Source: a virus
Taxonomy: Duplodnaviria; Heunggongvirae; Uroviricota; Caudoviricetes
IMG/VR virus record: IMGVR_UViG_2609459792_000007
DNA length: 64,000 nt
Direction: 5' to 3' (one strand)
The position numbers and the translations under genes were made by a program. Under the pieces are notes generated by a model that searched no databases, was not told where the DNA came from, and saw nothing but the letters and a program-made list of their open reading frames with translations. Positions 8,275 through 17,097 of this stretch are shown here, in pieces; within the stretch, counting starts at the first letter, position 1, and each line of letters begins with the position of its first letter.

Positions 8275-8558
8275 GATAATTTTTCCTTATGTAAATTTAA
8301 AATTTATTGTCGTTAGCGTCTTCGCTTTCGACGAGTTCAATTATCGATATGCGAAAAAAGATTGCAAGTGTTTTTTTTAAATTTTTTTGCAGGGATGAAA
8401 GTCCTAGAAATAAAAGCGAGATCGTCGAAGGTGTTCCCTAAATAAATAATTGATTGCGGCTTTAGACCTTATATATATTTAGGTTATTTGATTTGTAGAT
8501 ATAAAGAAGTGATGTGAAAAATAATAACCGGACTTAGCCGGTTATTAACCTTATAGAT

Positions 8559-8867
8559 TTATTGAACAGACTCTACAGCCTTACGATTGGTGTCAAATAG
8601 CGCATCAACGAACTGTGCCGATGACTCGCTAGATTCGCAATCCAACATTGCCCGTTCTTCATTTGCCACTTTCTTACACAGTTCCACATTCTCACCTATC
8701 GCTTTTCCTGCTTTTACGGCTGCCGAAAATTGATACATGCAAACTGATACATTCTGAGACGTTGAGCACACGTCATTCATCAGCGACTGAATGACAGGCT
8801 TATAGTCCATTGCATTTGCCGCAACTGAGCAAAGTAAAAATAATGGTGGTAACAATATCGATTTCAT
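8559..8867 (-). CDS. secreted cysteine-containing protein with N-terminal signal peptide
   Basis: MKSILLPPLFLLCSVAANA signal-peptide-like N-terminus; followed on minus strand by a terminator hairpin at 8523-8546. Confidence 0.55.
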   Translation of the reverse strand: MKSILLPPLFLLCSVAANAMDYKPVIQSLMNDVCSTSQNVSVCMYQFSAAVKAGKAIGENVELCKKVANEERAMLDCESSESSAQFVDALFDTNRKAVESVQ

Positions 8868-8870
8868 AAC

Positions 8871-9395
8871 TCAAAAAGGCAAAATTCGTTCAACCCAATC
8901 GAACAAAACAACTATTTTTCTACCGTTCTCGACACGTAGTGTAACCTGACAAGCATCTGCGCCTGCTGACACCCCCTCAATTTCACGGCCATCCGCCATG
9001 TACACCCTTATAGATTTGTTTGCTTTGTAGGCTTGGTTGCAAATTGCAAAAAAATCGCGGCGTGATGGCCGATTATCGACATAATCAGGGTGAACTGTTA
9101 GTCGACCTTTGAAATCGTGAGCGATACTGTCAACCACACCTGATTCAATTGTACTAATGCGTTCAAGTGGGAGCCTTATACGATTTTCTTTGTCAAAAGG
9201 GGCTGGGCAAAGGTCAACTTTGTTACGAGATGGCATGAGGCCATAAACGTACATGCAAAACGCCTGGCCATCTTCGAGAGTGACCCTTACAGGAATTTGT
9301 TCTCTGCGCCAGAACATCAGTAGTTTTTCAACGTTAGTGTAATCTCGCGGCCAGAGTTCAGCTTGGATACCGTAGGTAATATCTTTGGTTGTCAT
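8871..9395 (-). CDS. hypothetical protein
   Basis: ORF; likely start MTTKD at 9395 overlapping upstream stop. Confidence 0.5.
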   Translation of the reverse strand: MTTKDITYGIQAELWPRDYTNVEKLLMFWRREQIPVRVTLEDGQAFCMYVYGLMPSRNKVDLCPAPFDKENRIRLPLERISTIESGVVDSIAHDFKGRLTVHPDYVDNRPSRRDFFAICNQAYKANKSIRVYMADGREIEGVSAGADACQVTLRVENGRKIVVLFDWVERILPF

Positions 9396-9399
9396 GTCA

Positions 9400-9822
9400 T
9401 CACAGAGTTGTTGGCAGAATGTCGATGTCACCAGAATTGCTGGTGAACACCCTGAACGCTTTTGTGTCTCCATTCTTCAGAGTCGTTTCTCGCTCTTGAC
9501 GAGCGGGGTTTAGAGCACATAAACCTGCACCTTCAAGAGATGCACCCACAATTAATTCTCCGGCATTTAAATGGAAAGTCGCTTTTTCGCCTGTAGCCAG
9601 TTTTGCGACAGTTTCGCCATTGATGAAAATGGAAGCATCACATCCAGCTCCTACAAAACCTGTGTCTCTCATTACCACCAACGTAGCTGGCGCTGCGCTT
9701 TGATACTTGAACACTTTGGCCTGCGGTGCTGGTTTGGCGTCATGGATTGATATTGGACGTGATTGGCACGCGGTAAGCATCAACACTGGTAACGTTAGTA
9801 GAGGGAGAAGCGAGTATTTCAT
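9400..9822 (-). CDS. putative lipoprotein
   Basis: MKYSLLPLLTLPVLMLTAC: signal peptide with lipobox LTAC. Confidence 0.6.
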   Translation of the reverse strand: MKYSLLPLLTLPVLMLTACQSRPISIHDAKPAPQAKVFKYQSAAPATLVVMRDTGFVGAGCDASIFINGETVAKLATGEKATFHLNAGELIVGASLEGAGLCALNPARQERETTLKNGDTKAFRVFTSNSGDIDILPTTL

Positions 9823-9890
9823 GATAGTTTTAGAACAGAAAGTGAACAGTATGGGAGACTTCATCTTTGTCTCCCTAATTGATAGCGTGA

Positions 9891-10169
9891 TTATTTTAAT
9901 CTGCTTAATAGCGTTTCGAGATCTTCCTTTGTCATATTAGAGTTCTCATAGATACGCATGATTTTCTCACGAGTCTTAGCGGAAGCCCCGACAGAAGATA
10001 TAACCTTGTCAAAGTCGGCCATTGTCAATTGTTCCAGAATGGTATTTATGACTTCAGCCTTAGACATTTTGATATTTTTTTCTTTTAGTTTCACTTGAAA
10101 CTTTCCAAGTTTGTCATTGGCCTTATCAGACAATGCTACCTGACAGTAAGTTGTTTTCTTTTCACTCAT
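9891..10169 (-). CDS. hypothetical protein (92 aa)
   Basis: ORF directly downstream of helicase gene on minus strand. Confidence 0.5.
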   Translation of the reverse strand: MSEKKTTYCQVALSDKANDKLGKFQVKLKEKNIKMSKAEVINTILEQLTMADFDKVISSVGASAKTREKIMRIYENSNMTKEDLETLLSRLK

Positions 10170-10171
10170 AA

Positions 10172-11731
10172 CTAATCTCGTTTCAGAACTCCAAAATCGA
10201 ATGCTCCATCAATAGGCAATACACCTTCTGCAAAGCCAGGTGTGGTGTCGATGATGTGTTTTCGCTCATAAGAGTGAGACAACAGGTATTTGTTGCTAAT
10301 GTCAATGAAATCAGTGATAAAACACACGTTTGCCTGATTTTTTTTGGCTCGTAAGCCACGACCGACACGCTGTCTCATTTCAACTTCTGCTTTCCCACCA
10401 CCAGCAAGAATGACCGCACCAACGCTTGGCACATCAACACCAACATCCAGAATAGTCGAGCCTATTAAAACATCTATTTCACCAGACGCTAAACTATTCA
10501 GCTTTGCTTGCCTTGTCGTCTGGTTAGATTCCCCATAGATGAAATCAACTTTAAGACCTGACTCCTTCATCATCTCCATCAGGATTTGCCCGTGGCGTTT
10601 AAGACGAACCAGAGTCATGCAGTTGAGTGAATGTTGCTTATAAAGCAATGCCTCGCGCACTATGGCCTCGTTACGTCCCAAATTATACACGATCCCCAAC
10701 TGATAAGCCTTTTGGTAGGCGGTGCCCATACCAACTCTAAAATTGAGGTGTTTGTTGGCAAGTTCGGCCTTGATTCTGGCCTCGTCTGGCTTGTAGGCAA
10801 CTTTATGATAAAGGAAGTACGGCTTTGCCAGAATGCCTCGATCAATCAGGTACTTTTCTGTGACTTTAATTTCAATTCGCCCGGCCACCGCCATCAGGCG
10901 CATGTTGGCTTCCGTCGAATCCTTCATGAACGGCGTGGCTGTAAGCGCCAGACGATAGTCTGCGTTCACACATAATCTGGCAATGTCATAGAAATTAGAG
11001 CCTGAAGACTCATGCGCTTCTTCCAGAATAAGCAGAGACACACTTGAAAGGAAGCGTTTCACCAACTCCCGACGTTTGAGGTGGTAGCTCTTTTTATCTG
11101 GTGTTGCATCGCGTGGTGGTTCTTCAAGGAAACTTGCCAGAGTTTGAACTGTAGCGACGTTGATATGTCGTGATACCTGGAACTCACCCGAGCCAATGAC
11201 TCCAACCTTTTGGCCCTTTAACCACGGTTCGCCATTTTCGGCGCGGTAGTCGATGGATCTCTGGAAGTTTTCGGCCATTTGAAACATCAGAACAGAGCGG
11301 GTTGTTAAAAATAATGTCATTCGACCGATACGTGCAGCTGCTTTGCAGGCAACGTTAGATTTCCCGCCACCAGTAGCGATCTGCGCAATCATCATTCCCT
11401 CTCGAACCAGTGTTTCCACAGTCTGATCCTGATACGCATAATCAGGATTGTATGGGAATGGGTTAACCGCCGGATTTGGTTTACCAAGCGCCGGGGCTTT
11501 GTCTTTGCGGATATGAACACATTTGATGCCCGCCTTGTTCAAGTTCGCCGCTACAGGCTTGGCAAAGCCAGCAGGGAACGAGTTTTTACTCCAGTTGAAC
11601 ATCGTGCTTGTGCCCTTCCAGTCGCCAGTCTCGACTTCGTAGCTCAACATTTGCTGCACCAGTTGCTTTACCTTGTCATCTGCGCCAGAAATAAGCGCAT
11701 TTACTGCGTTAGATACAATCCGAACAGTCAT
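10172..11731 (-). CDS. superfamily 2 DNA/RNA helicase
   Basis: Walker A-like TGGGKS, motif II LILEEAH (DEAH-type), C-terminal helicase-domain-like region. Confidence 0.75.
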   Translation of the reverse strand: MTVRIVSNAVNALISGADDKVKQLVQQMLSYEVETGDWKGTSTMFNWSKNSFPAGFAKPVAANLNKAGIKCVHIRKDKAPALGKPNPAVNPFPYNPDYAYQDQTVETLVREGMMIAQIATGGGKSNVACKAAARIGRMTLFLTTRSVLMFQMAENFQRSIDYRAENGEPWLKGQKVGVIGSGEFQVSRHINVATVQTLASFLEEPPRDATPDKKSYHLKRRELVKRFLSSVSLLILEEAHESSGSNFYDIARLCVNADYRLALTATPFMKDSTEANMRLMAVAGRIEIKVTEKYLIDRGILAKPYFLYHKVAYKPDEARIKAELANKHLNFRVGMGTAYQKAYQLGIVYNLGRNEAIVREALLYKQHSLNCMTLVRLKRHGQILMEMMKESGLKVDFIYGESNQTTRQAKLNSLASGEIDVLIGSTILDVGVDVPSVGAVILAGGGKAEVEMRQRVGRGLRAKKNQANVCFITDFIDISNKYLLSHSYERKHIIDTTPGFAEGVLPIDGAFDFGVLKRD

Positions 11732-11777
11732 AAACCTCTTTCCTTAGTGCCTTTTGTATGTTATTTGGCTATTATAA

Positions 11778-11796
11778 TAAGTAAGTGATTACTTAG
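11778..11796. promoter_or_regulatory. family B motif TAAGTAAGTGATTACTTAG
   Basis: Inverted TAAGTA / TACTTA in divergent intergenic region between helicase and ParB-like genes. Confidence 0.45.
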
Positions 11797-11813
11797 TGGA
11801 TTGTAGCAATAAA

Positions 11814-12494
11814 ATGGATGTAAAAATCACGATTTTGCAGGTTGATGTTGCCAACCTTCGCCCGAATACCTGGAACACCAATTCGGTTGGTGCGCAGAAT
11901 TTTGAAAAACTGAAAGGTTCTATCGAAAAATTGGGCTTTTTTAAGCCAATTTTGGCTCGTGAACTTGAAGATGGATTTTTTGAAATCCTCGGCGGCGAAC
12001 ATCGCTGGCGTGCTGCTATTGAGCAAGGAATTTCAACGGTTCCGGTGCTTTCTGTGGGCAAAATTAGCGATGTCGTAGCTAAACAGATGTCACTGGTGGA
12101 CAACGAGCGATACGGTGAAGACGACCAAATCGCATTGCAACGCTTCATTGAAGAAATTCAGTCAGAACTTGACTATCAACTGTCTGAAATCGCCCCGTAT
12201 GACGACGAAATCTCGATGGTTTTAGCAAAAGAGGCGGCAATCGACCTTGAAGCACTGGAGGCGTTGTCTCGTGGTAGTGATGAGCCTGTCGATACCGACA
12301 AACGAGAGAAAACCGAACGTGTGGGTGCGGAACATCAGACCATGCGCTTCAAAGTAACTTTCGATGCGTCAGATCGTGTTGCAGAAACCATAAAAAACAT
12401 CATCAAAGAGCAGGCTATTAACACCGGTAATGAAATGGAGAACGCTGGTGAGGCTCTGGTGTGGCTGGTCGACTACTACAAGGAGCGTATGTAA
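11814..12494 (+). CDS. ParB N-terminal domain (ParB/Srx-like) protein
   Basis: ILGGEHRWRAA motif typical of ParB-NTD; ATG 11814 (track start 11796). Confidence 0.7.
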   Translation: MDVKITILQVDVANLRPNTWNTNSVGAQNFEKLKGSIEKLGFFKPILARELEDGFFEILGGEHRWRAAIEQGISTVPVLSVGKISDVVAKQMSLVDNERYGEDDQIALQRFIEEIQSELDYQLSEIAPYDDEISMVLAKEAAIDLEALEALSRGSDEPVDTDKREKTERVGAEHQTMRFKVTFDASDRVAETIKNIIKEQAINTGNEMENAGEALVWLVDYYKERM

Positions 12495-13162
12495 TGACCA
12501 AAAAGTTTGAAATCGTATATCGCGACCCGGCAGATCTTATTCCCTATGAGATGAATGCCAAAAAGCATGATGAACAGCAGATCAGAGATCTGGCCGCAGC
12601 CATTAAAAAGCGCGGATTTGACCAGCCAATTACGGTCGATAAGAACGACGTAATTATTACTGGCCACGGCCGCCGTGAGGCTGCAATTTTTGCTGGACTT
12701 GAGCGCGTACCGGTTATTGTTCGCGATGATCTCAGTGATGACGAGGTTCGTGCGAAGCGCCTTGAAGATAACCGACTTGCCAGCATTGATTACGATGCAA
12801 TTAAGCTACAGAAAGAGCTTGAGTCGCTTGTTCTGGACGATATCGAGGTTTTCGGCTTTGAAGAGCGTGAGTTGAATGTTCTCGTTGGCAGTATGACAGA
12901 AGAAATGGACACCGACTCGCTAGTTATCGATCTTGGCGAAGAAACTAAACGACAGAAGGATGAACACACCGAGATCAGTCGTGAAGTTGCAGCGGAAGAA
13001 GTACGTGTTGTCGACGTATTGGGCTTTAAAACGCTCCCTGCTGGCTCTGCCATTGTTGTTGGTGATTTGCTTGCCCATATGGAAGAAATGACGGGAGAAA
13101 GCGGGGTAGACGCATTTGTGGCATATGCGGAGAAGATCTCTTCCGGGGAGATGGCTGCATGA
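12494..13162 (+). CDS. ParB N-terminal domain protein, second copy
   Basis: ITGHGRREAA motif; ATG 12494 overlaps upstream stop (TAATG); RBS aggagcg. Confidence 0.7.
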   Translation: MTKKFEIVYRDPADLIPYEMNAKKHDEQQIRDLAAAIKKRGFDQPITVDKNDVIITGHGRREAAIFAGLERVPVIVRDDLSDDEVRAKRLEDNRLASIDYDAIKLQKELESLVLDDIEVFGFEERELNVLVGSMTEEMDTDSLVIDLGEETKRQKDEHTEISREVAAEEVRVVDVLGFKTLPAGSAIVVGDLLAHMEEMTGESGVDAFVAYAEKISSGEMAA

Positions 13163-13824
13163 GCAAATACATCATCAACGTATCGTTTCAGACACGCGTA
13201 AATAAAACCACGCGCACGTTGGAAATCGCTGAGTCGTTCGGGCTTGGCCTGGACGAAAAAGAGTGGACGCTTTACGACAATCTGGAGCTGGAAGTGAAGC
13301 AGGGCGATGTGGTGTACATCACCGGCCAATCCGGTTCCGGCAAATCCGTTGTGCTGCGCGAGTTGCAACGACAGATGAAGGATGAAGGGCTGTCTGTAGC
13401 CTCCATCGATGATTTTACCTTCGATAATGAGGTTAACGTCATCGATCAGTTGGGCAAAACGACCAGTGATGCGCTTGGGTTGTTATCTATGGCTGGTCTG
13501 AACGATGCATATCTGTTTGTTCGCAAGCCTTCTGAAATGTCAGACGGCCAGAAATATCGTCTCAAGATTGCCAAACTGATTGAGTCAGGCGCTAAAGTAT
13601 GGGCTGCTGACGAGTTCGGCGCTGTTCTCGACCGTGTAACCGCTCAGGTTGTGGCGTCTAACCTCCAGCGTGCCGCGCGAAAGGTTGGTGCGACGGTAAT
13701 GGTGGCGACGACTCACGAAGACCTGAAGAACGCGCTGCGCCCGGATATGCAGATCACCAAGCACTACAAAGAACGCGTGAAGGTGGAATATCACAATGGT
13801 AGTCATGATGAGGTCCATTCATGA
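13159..13824 (+). CDS. minimal ABC-type ATPase
   Basis: Walker A GQSGSGKS, signature-like MSDGQKYRL, Walker B VWAADEFG, H-loop ATTHE. Confidence 0.7.
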   Translation: MSKYIINVSFQTRVNKTTRTLEIAESFGLGLDEKEWTLYDNLELEVKQGDVVYITGQSGSGKSVVLRELQRQMKDEGLSVASIDDFTFDNEVNVIDQLGKTTSDALGLLSMAGLNDAYLFVRKPSEMSDGQKYRLKIAKLIESGAKVWAADEFGAVLDRVTAQVVASNLQRAARKVGATVMVATTHEDLKNALRPDMQITKHYKERVKVEYHNGSHDEVHS

Positions 13825-14711
13825 CGGACATCATCATTAAACGCTACCGCCCTGAAGAGTTTCCGCGTCATCTGGACTTTCTGGAGCGAATGACTGTTAC
13901 AAAGGGAACTGTAGAGGACTGGCACGCTCTTAAGTCGCTTCACTACAAAACAGACGGCAAACCTTTCGCGCCAACTTACTATCGCTGCGAACTTGATGAC
14001 CGTCTGGTGGGCGTCGTGGTTATGGCTTACCCGAAACTACTGTTGGCACCTCGCCACCGCATGTTTCCTAAGTTGAAACCAACCACTAATACCACCGTGG
14101 CTAACCAGTACTGGGGTCGGTACGTGAATAACAACTTTGCGGTGATCAGTCGCTCAGTTGTGGATACTCAGTATCGTGGCGTAGGCGTCTCTTATCGAAT
14201 GATTAACCTGGTTAGCAGGATGCATGACCGGCCAATCATTGAGATCCAGTCCTCGATGAGCAAATACAATCCCTTCGCCATGAAAGCAGGGTTTAAGTTC
14301 ATCCGCCCTGAGCGACCGAAGAGCTATGAAAGTGCACTGCGTGTGTTCCAGCGCCATTTCCGCTCCGACCCGGGTGATAACGAGGCGATCGTCAAAGAGT
14401 TGTTCGCTATGAGCGAGTCTCGTCGTCGCCGTGCGCTGCGCGATTTGGTGGCGGACTACCATAAGAACAGTTCCCTGGCAAAAGCTGGGCGGAATCGTGG
14501 CACGACGATTCAGGACATTGCCGACAGTCTGGTGGACGAGGCCAGCATTGTGAAGCTGCTCAAGGACATTCACAACCTGAGCTTTACGTCTCCGTTGTAT
14601 GGTGTGTACCGAAACCCTGACTTTGGCCGTCGACTGCCTGACACGCTGCCACTGCTGGCATTCGACAAACAACCTTTGGATAAACCGTTAGAAATTGCTT
14701 TACCAGCATAA
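13821..14711 (+). CDS. hypothetical protein, possible acetyltransferase-like fold
   Basis: Translationally coupled to ATPase; segment VVDTQYRGVGVSYRMI resembles GNAT motif A (weak). Confidence 0.5.
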   Translation: MTDIIIKRYRPEEFPRHLDFLERMTVTKGTVEDWHALKSLHYKTDGKPFAPTYYRCELDDRLVGVVVMAYPKLLLAPRHRMFPKLKPTTNTTVANQYWGRYVNNNFAVISRSVVDTQYRGVGVSYRMINLVSRMHDRPIIEIQSSMSKYNPFAMKAGFKFIRPERPKSYESALRVFQRHFRSDPGDNEAIVKELFAMSESRRRRALRDLVADYHKNSSLAKAGRNRGTTIQDIADSLVDEASIVKLLKDIHNLSFTSPLYGVYRNPDFGRRLPDTLPLLAFDKQPLDKPLEIALPA

Positions 14712-14720
14712 GGATTTGCC

Positions 14721-14987
14721 ATGACGTTAACCGACAAACAAAAGGACATCATCAAAACGCTCAATCTCGGTTATGAGCGAGGTCATCTACTTGACCTGGA
14801 CGAATTGCTTGAAGTTTTGCCGTACAAGACAACCAAGCAAAGTATCCAGTTCTCAATTCGCGCTCTGATAAAAAAGGGGCTGGTGGAGAAAGGGCATACG
14901 CGCCAACGCAGTGACAATCGCTATCACCGCCGGACTCTTGGGTTAACCACTTTAGGTCGAGCCAAAGCGAAGTTACTGGTGATGTAA
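14721..14987 (+). CDS. putative winged-helix DNA-binding protein
   Basis: 88-aa basic protein; helix-turn-wing-like segment SIQFSIRALIKKGLVEKGH. Confidence 0.45.
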   Translation: MTLTDKQKDIIKTLNLGYERGHLLDLDELLEVLPYKTTKQSIQFSIRALIKKGLVEKGHTRQRSDNRYHRRTLGLTTLGRAKAKLLVM

Positions 14988-15011
14988 TCGGTCTGGGAGC
15001 TTATTTAAAGA

Positions 15012-15066
15012 CCTGCATCTGTATATATAAATAATAAGTAACTTATTAAATATATACGGAAGCAGG
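15012..15066. repeat. 55-bp imperfect palindromic element, copy 1
   Basis: cctgcatctgtatatataaataataagtaacttattaaatatatacggaagcagg; near-identical copy at 47817-47871. Confidence 0.8.
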
Positions 15067-15102
15067 CTTCGTAAGACATGCCAGACCTAATTAAACACCC
15101 CA

Positions 15103-15144
15103 GAAAACAAGTTGGTTAGCAGATGCAGTAAACAAGTTGTTTTA
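15103..15144. promoter_or_regulatory. two family A operator copies upstream of terminase operon
   Basis: gaaaacaagttggtta (15103-15118) and taaacaagttgtttta (15129-15144), then hairpin gagcgc-atggac-gcgctc. Confidence 0.5.
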
Positions 15145-15182
15145 GAGCGCATGGACGCGCTCTGTGTGTTTTAGAGGGATCT

Positions 15183-15815
15183 ATGACGGTCGAAAAAGAC
15201 GAGGTAAAAACTCGCCTGACACCAGCGGAGTGGGCCGAAGCTGAAGCCAAATGGACGTCAGGCGAATATACACTCTCAAAGCTGGAGGAAGAGTACGGCA
15301 TTCGTCGTGAAACACTCTCCAGACATTTCAAAAAGCGAGGATTAGAGAAAGGCGCGGACTCTGTTGGGAAGATGGTTCGTGAGTCTCTTAAATCTGACGC
15401 AGAGCTTCGCGCTAAAGCCCGTGCGGAAAAGATAGAAGAACGTCGTACACGTTATGACGGCTGGGCGTATGCGTTGGGGCAGATGGTGATGGTCGAAGTC
15501 ACTACGGCCAAACGTGAGGGTAAGCCTTTAGGGGCGATTGAGGATTCTCTCAAGAGCTTACAGAGAGCCAGTAATACCCTTGCAAAATGCTTTGAAGTTT
15601 CGTCCAAAGCATTGGGCATGGATCATGCGGAAAATGACGAGGAAGAAATTCCGAACCTGGTATTTGGTGAGCTTACGCCTTCCCAGGTGGCGAAATTACG
15701 TCAGGAAGACGACGAGCCTGAAATCATCGATGACGAATTGCTTGAGACGTTGGAAGAAGAAGCTCTAAGCGAATTTGATGCGACAGATGATGGAAGTGAA
15801 GGGGAGGACGAATAA
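15183..15815 (+). CDS. putative terminase small subunit
   Basis: HTH-like N-terminus, acidic C-terminus, immediately upstream of and overlapping large terminase. Confidence 0.55.
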   Translation: MTVEKDEVKTRLTPAEWAEAEAKWTSGEYTLSKLEEEYGIRRETLSRHFKKRGLEKGADSVGKMVRESLKSDAELRAKARAEKIEERRTRYDGWAYALGQMVMVEVTTAKREGKPLGAIEDSLKSLQRASNTLAKCFEVSSKALGMDHAENDEEEIPNLVFGELTPSQVAKLRQEDDEPEIIDDELLETLEEEALSEFDATDDGSEGEDE

Positions 15816-17071
15816 TGGCAATCCCGTCCTCGCTCAGTCTTGTGCAACTGCATTCTGGACAGATGAAAGTCTTCCAGTCTCCGCATCGATTTAAAGTTGT
15901 TTGTGCTGGTCGACGCTGGGGAAAATCCCGGTTGTCGATCTCCACTATTATTCGTGCGGCGGCAAAGGAAAAAAAGCAAAGAGTCTGGTATGTCGCTCCT
16001 ACTTACCAGATGGCTCGCCAGATTTTGTGGGACGATCTACAGGAAGTTCTGCCTCGTAAGTGGGTTAGGAAAAAGAACGACACCACGATGACAATCGTGT
16101 TGAAGAACGGTTCGGAGATCGCCCTCAAAGGTGCTGATAAGCCTGACACTCTGCGCGGCGTAGCGTTGCATTTTGTAGTGCTTGATGAATTTCAGGATAT
16201 GAAGGCTGACACCTGGTACAAGGTGTTACGACCTACTCTTTCATCGACACGCGGCGGTGCACTGATCATTGGTACGCCAAAAGGCTTCTCGGAATTTCAC
16301 AAACTGTGGACTATAGGCCAGAACGTAGAGCTGCAAAGAAAGGGACAGTGGAAGAGCTGGCAGTTTGTAACTGCCGATTCTCCGTTTGTACCTACGGCGG
16401 AAATTGAAGCTGCTAAGAACGATATGGACCCGAAATCGTTCGCTCAGGAGTACCTGGCGAGCTTTGAGAACATGTCCGGGCGCGTTTACTACCCGTTCGA
16501 TCGTAACGTGCATGTAAAACCGCTTCAGTTCAACCCTCGGTTGCCTATATGGGTAGGGCAGGACTTCAACATTGACCCGATGTCTTCAGTAATTTTGCAA
16601 CCTCAGCCAAATGGTGAGCTATGGGCAATTGATGAATTGGTGCTCTTTTCCTCTAACACGGCAGAGGTTTGTGATGAGCTTGAGAGACGCTTCTGGCGCT
16701 GGAAATCACAGATAACGGTATTTCCAGATCCGGCAGGTGCTTATCGCCAACATGCTCGCGGGGAGTCTGACGTCGACATATTCAAAGAGAAGGGATTCTT
16801 ACGTGTCGATTATTCGAAAAAGCACCCGCCAATTGCGGATCGTGTTAATGCTGTTAACCGAATGCTGATGACCGCATCTGGAGATATCCGGCTGTATATC
16901 GATCCGAAGTGCAAGCATTTGATTGATTCACTGGAAAAAGTCATCTACAAGCCTGGAACACGAGATATGGATAAGACAGGTGGCATTGAGCATAGTGCAG
17001 ACGCATTGGGCTATCCAGTACATCGTAGGTATCCAGTCAAAAACCGTGTTATTCTTGGTGGTTCTCGATAG
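15815..17071 (+). CDS. terminase large subunit
   Basis: ATPase motif VVCAGRRWGKS, Walker B-like VVLDEF, C-terminal nuclease-like region; precedes portal. Confidence 0.8.
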   Translation: MAIPSSLSLVQLHSGQMKVFQSPHRFKVVCAGRRWGKSRLSISTIIRAAAKEKKQRVWYVAPTYQMARQILWDDLQEVLPRKWVRKKNDTTMTIVLKNGSEIALKGADKPDTLRGVALHFVVLDEFQDMKADTWYKVLRPTLSSTRGGALIIGTPKGFSEFHKLWTIGQNVELQRKGQWKSWQFVTADSPFVPTAEIEAAKNDMDPKSFAQEYLASFENMSGRVYYPFDRNVHVKPLQFNPRLPIWVGQDFNIDPMSSVILQPQPNGELWAIDELVLFSSNTAEVCDELERRFWRWKSQITVFPDPAGAYRQHARGESDVDIFKEKGFLRVDYSKKHPPIADRVNAVNRMLMTASGDIRLYIDPKCKHLIDSLEKVIYKPGTRDMDKTGGIEHSADALGYPVHRRYPVKNRVILGGSR

Positions 17072-17084
17072 GTAAGTAATTATC
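17067..17084. promoter_or_regulatory. family B motif GATAGGTAAGTAATTATC
   Basis: Between terminase stop and portal start. Confidence 0.45.
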
Positions 17085-17097
17085 TAAGGTTATTCAA

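Noticed and set aside
12790-13368. 192-aa minus-strand ORF
   Set aside because: Antisense to the ParB-like and ABC ATPase genes, which have clear motifs; Ser-rich translation.
14154-14672. 172-aa minus-strand ORF
   Set aside because: Fully antisense to the 13821-14711 gene, which is translationally coupled to its neighbours.
15012-15066. LexA box inside the 55-bp palindromic element (CTGTATATATAA...)
   Set aside because: The second half-site is ATAA rather than ACAG at the required 8-bp spacing, so it does not fit CTGT-N8-ACAG.
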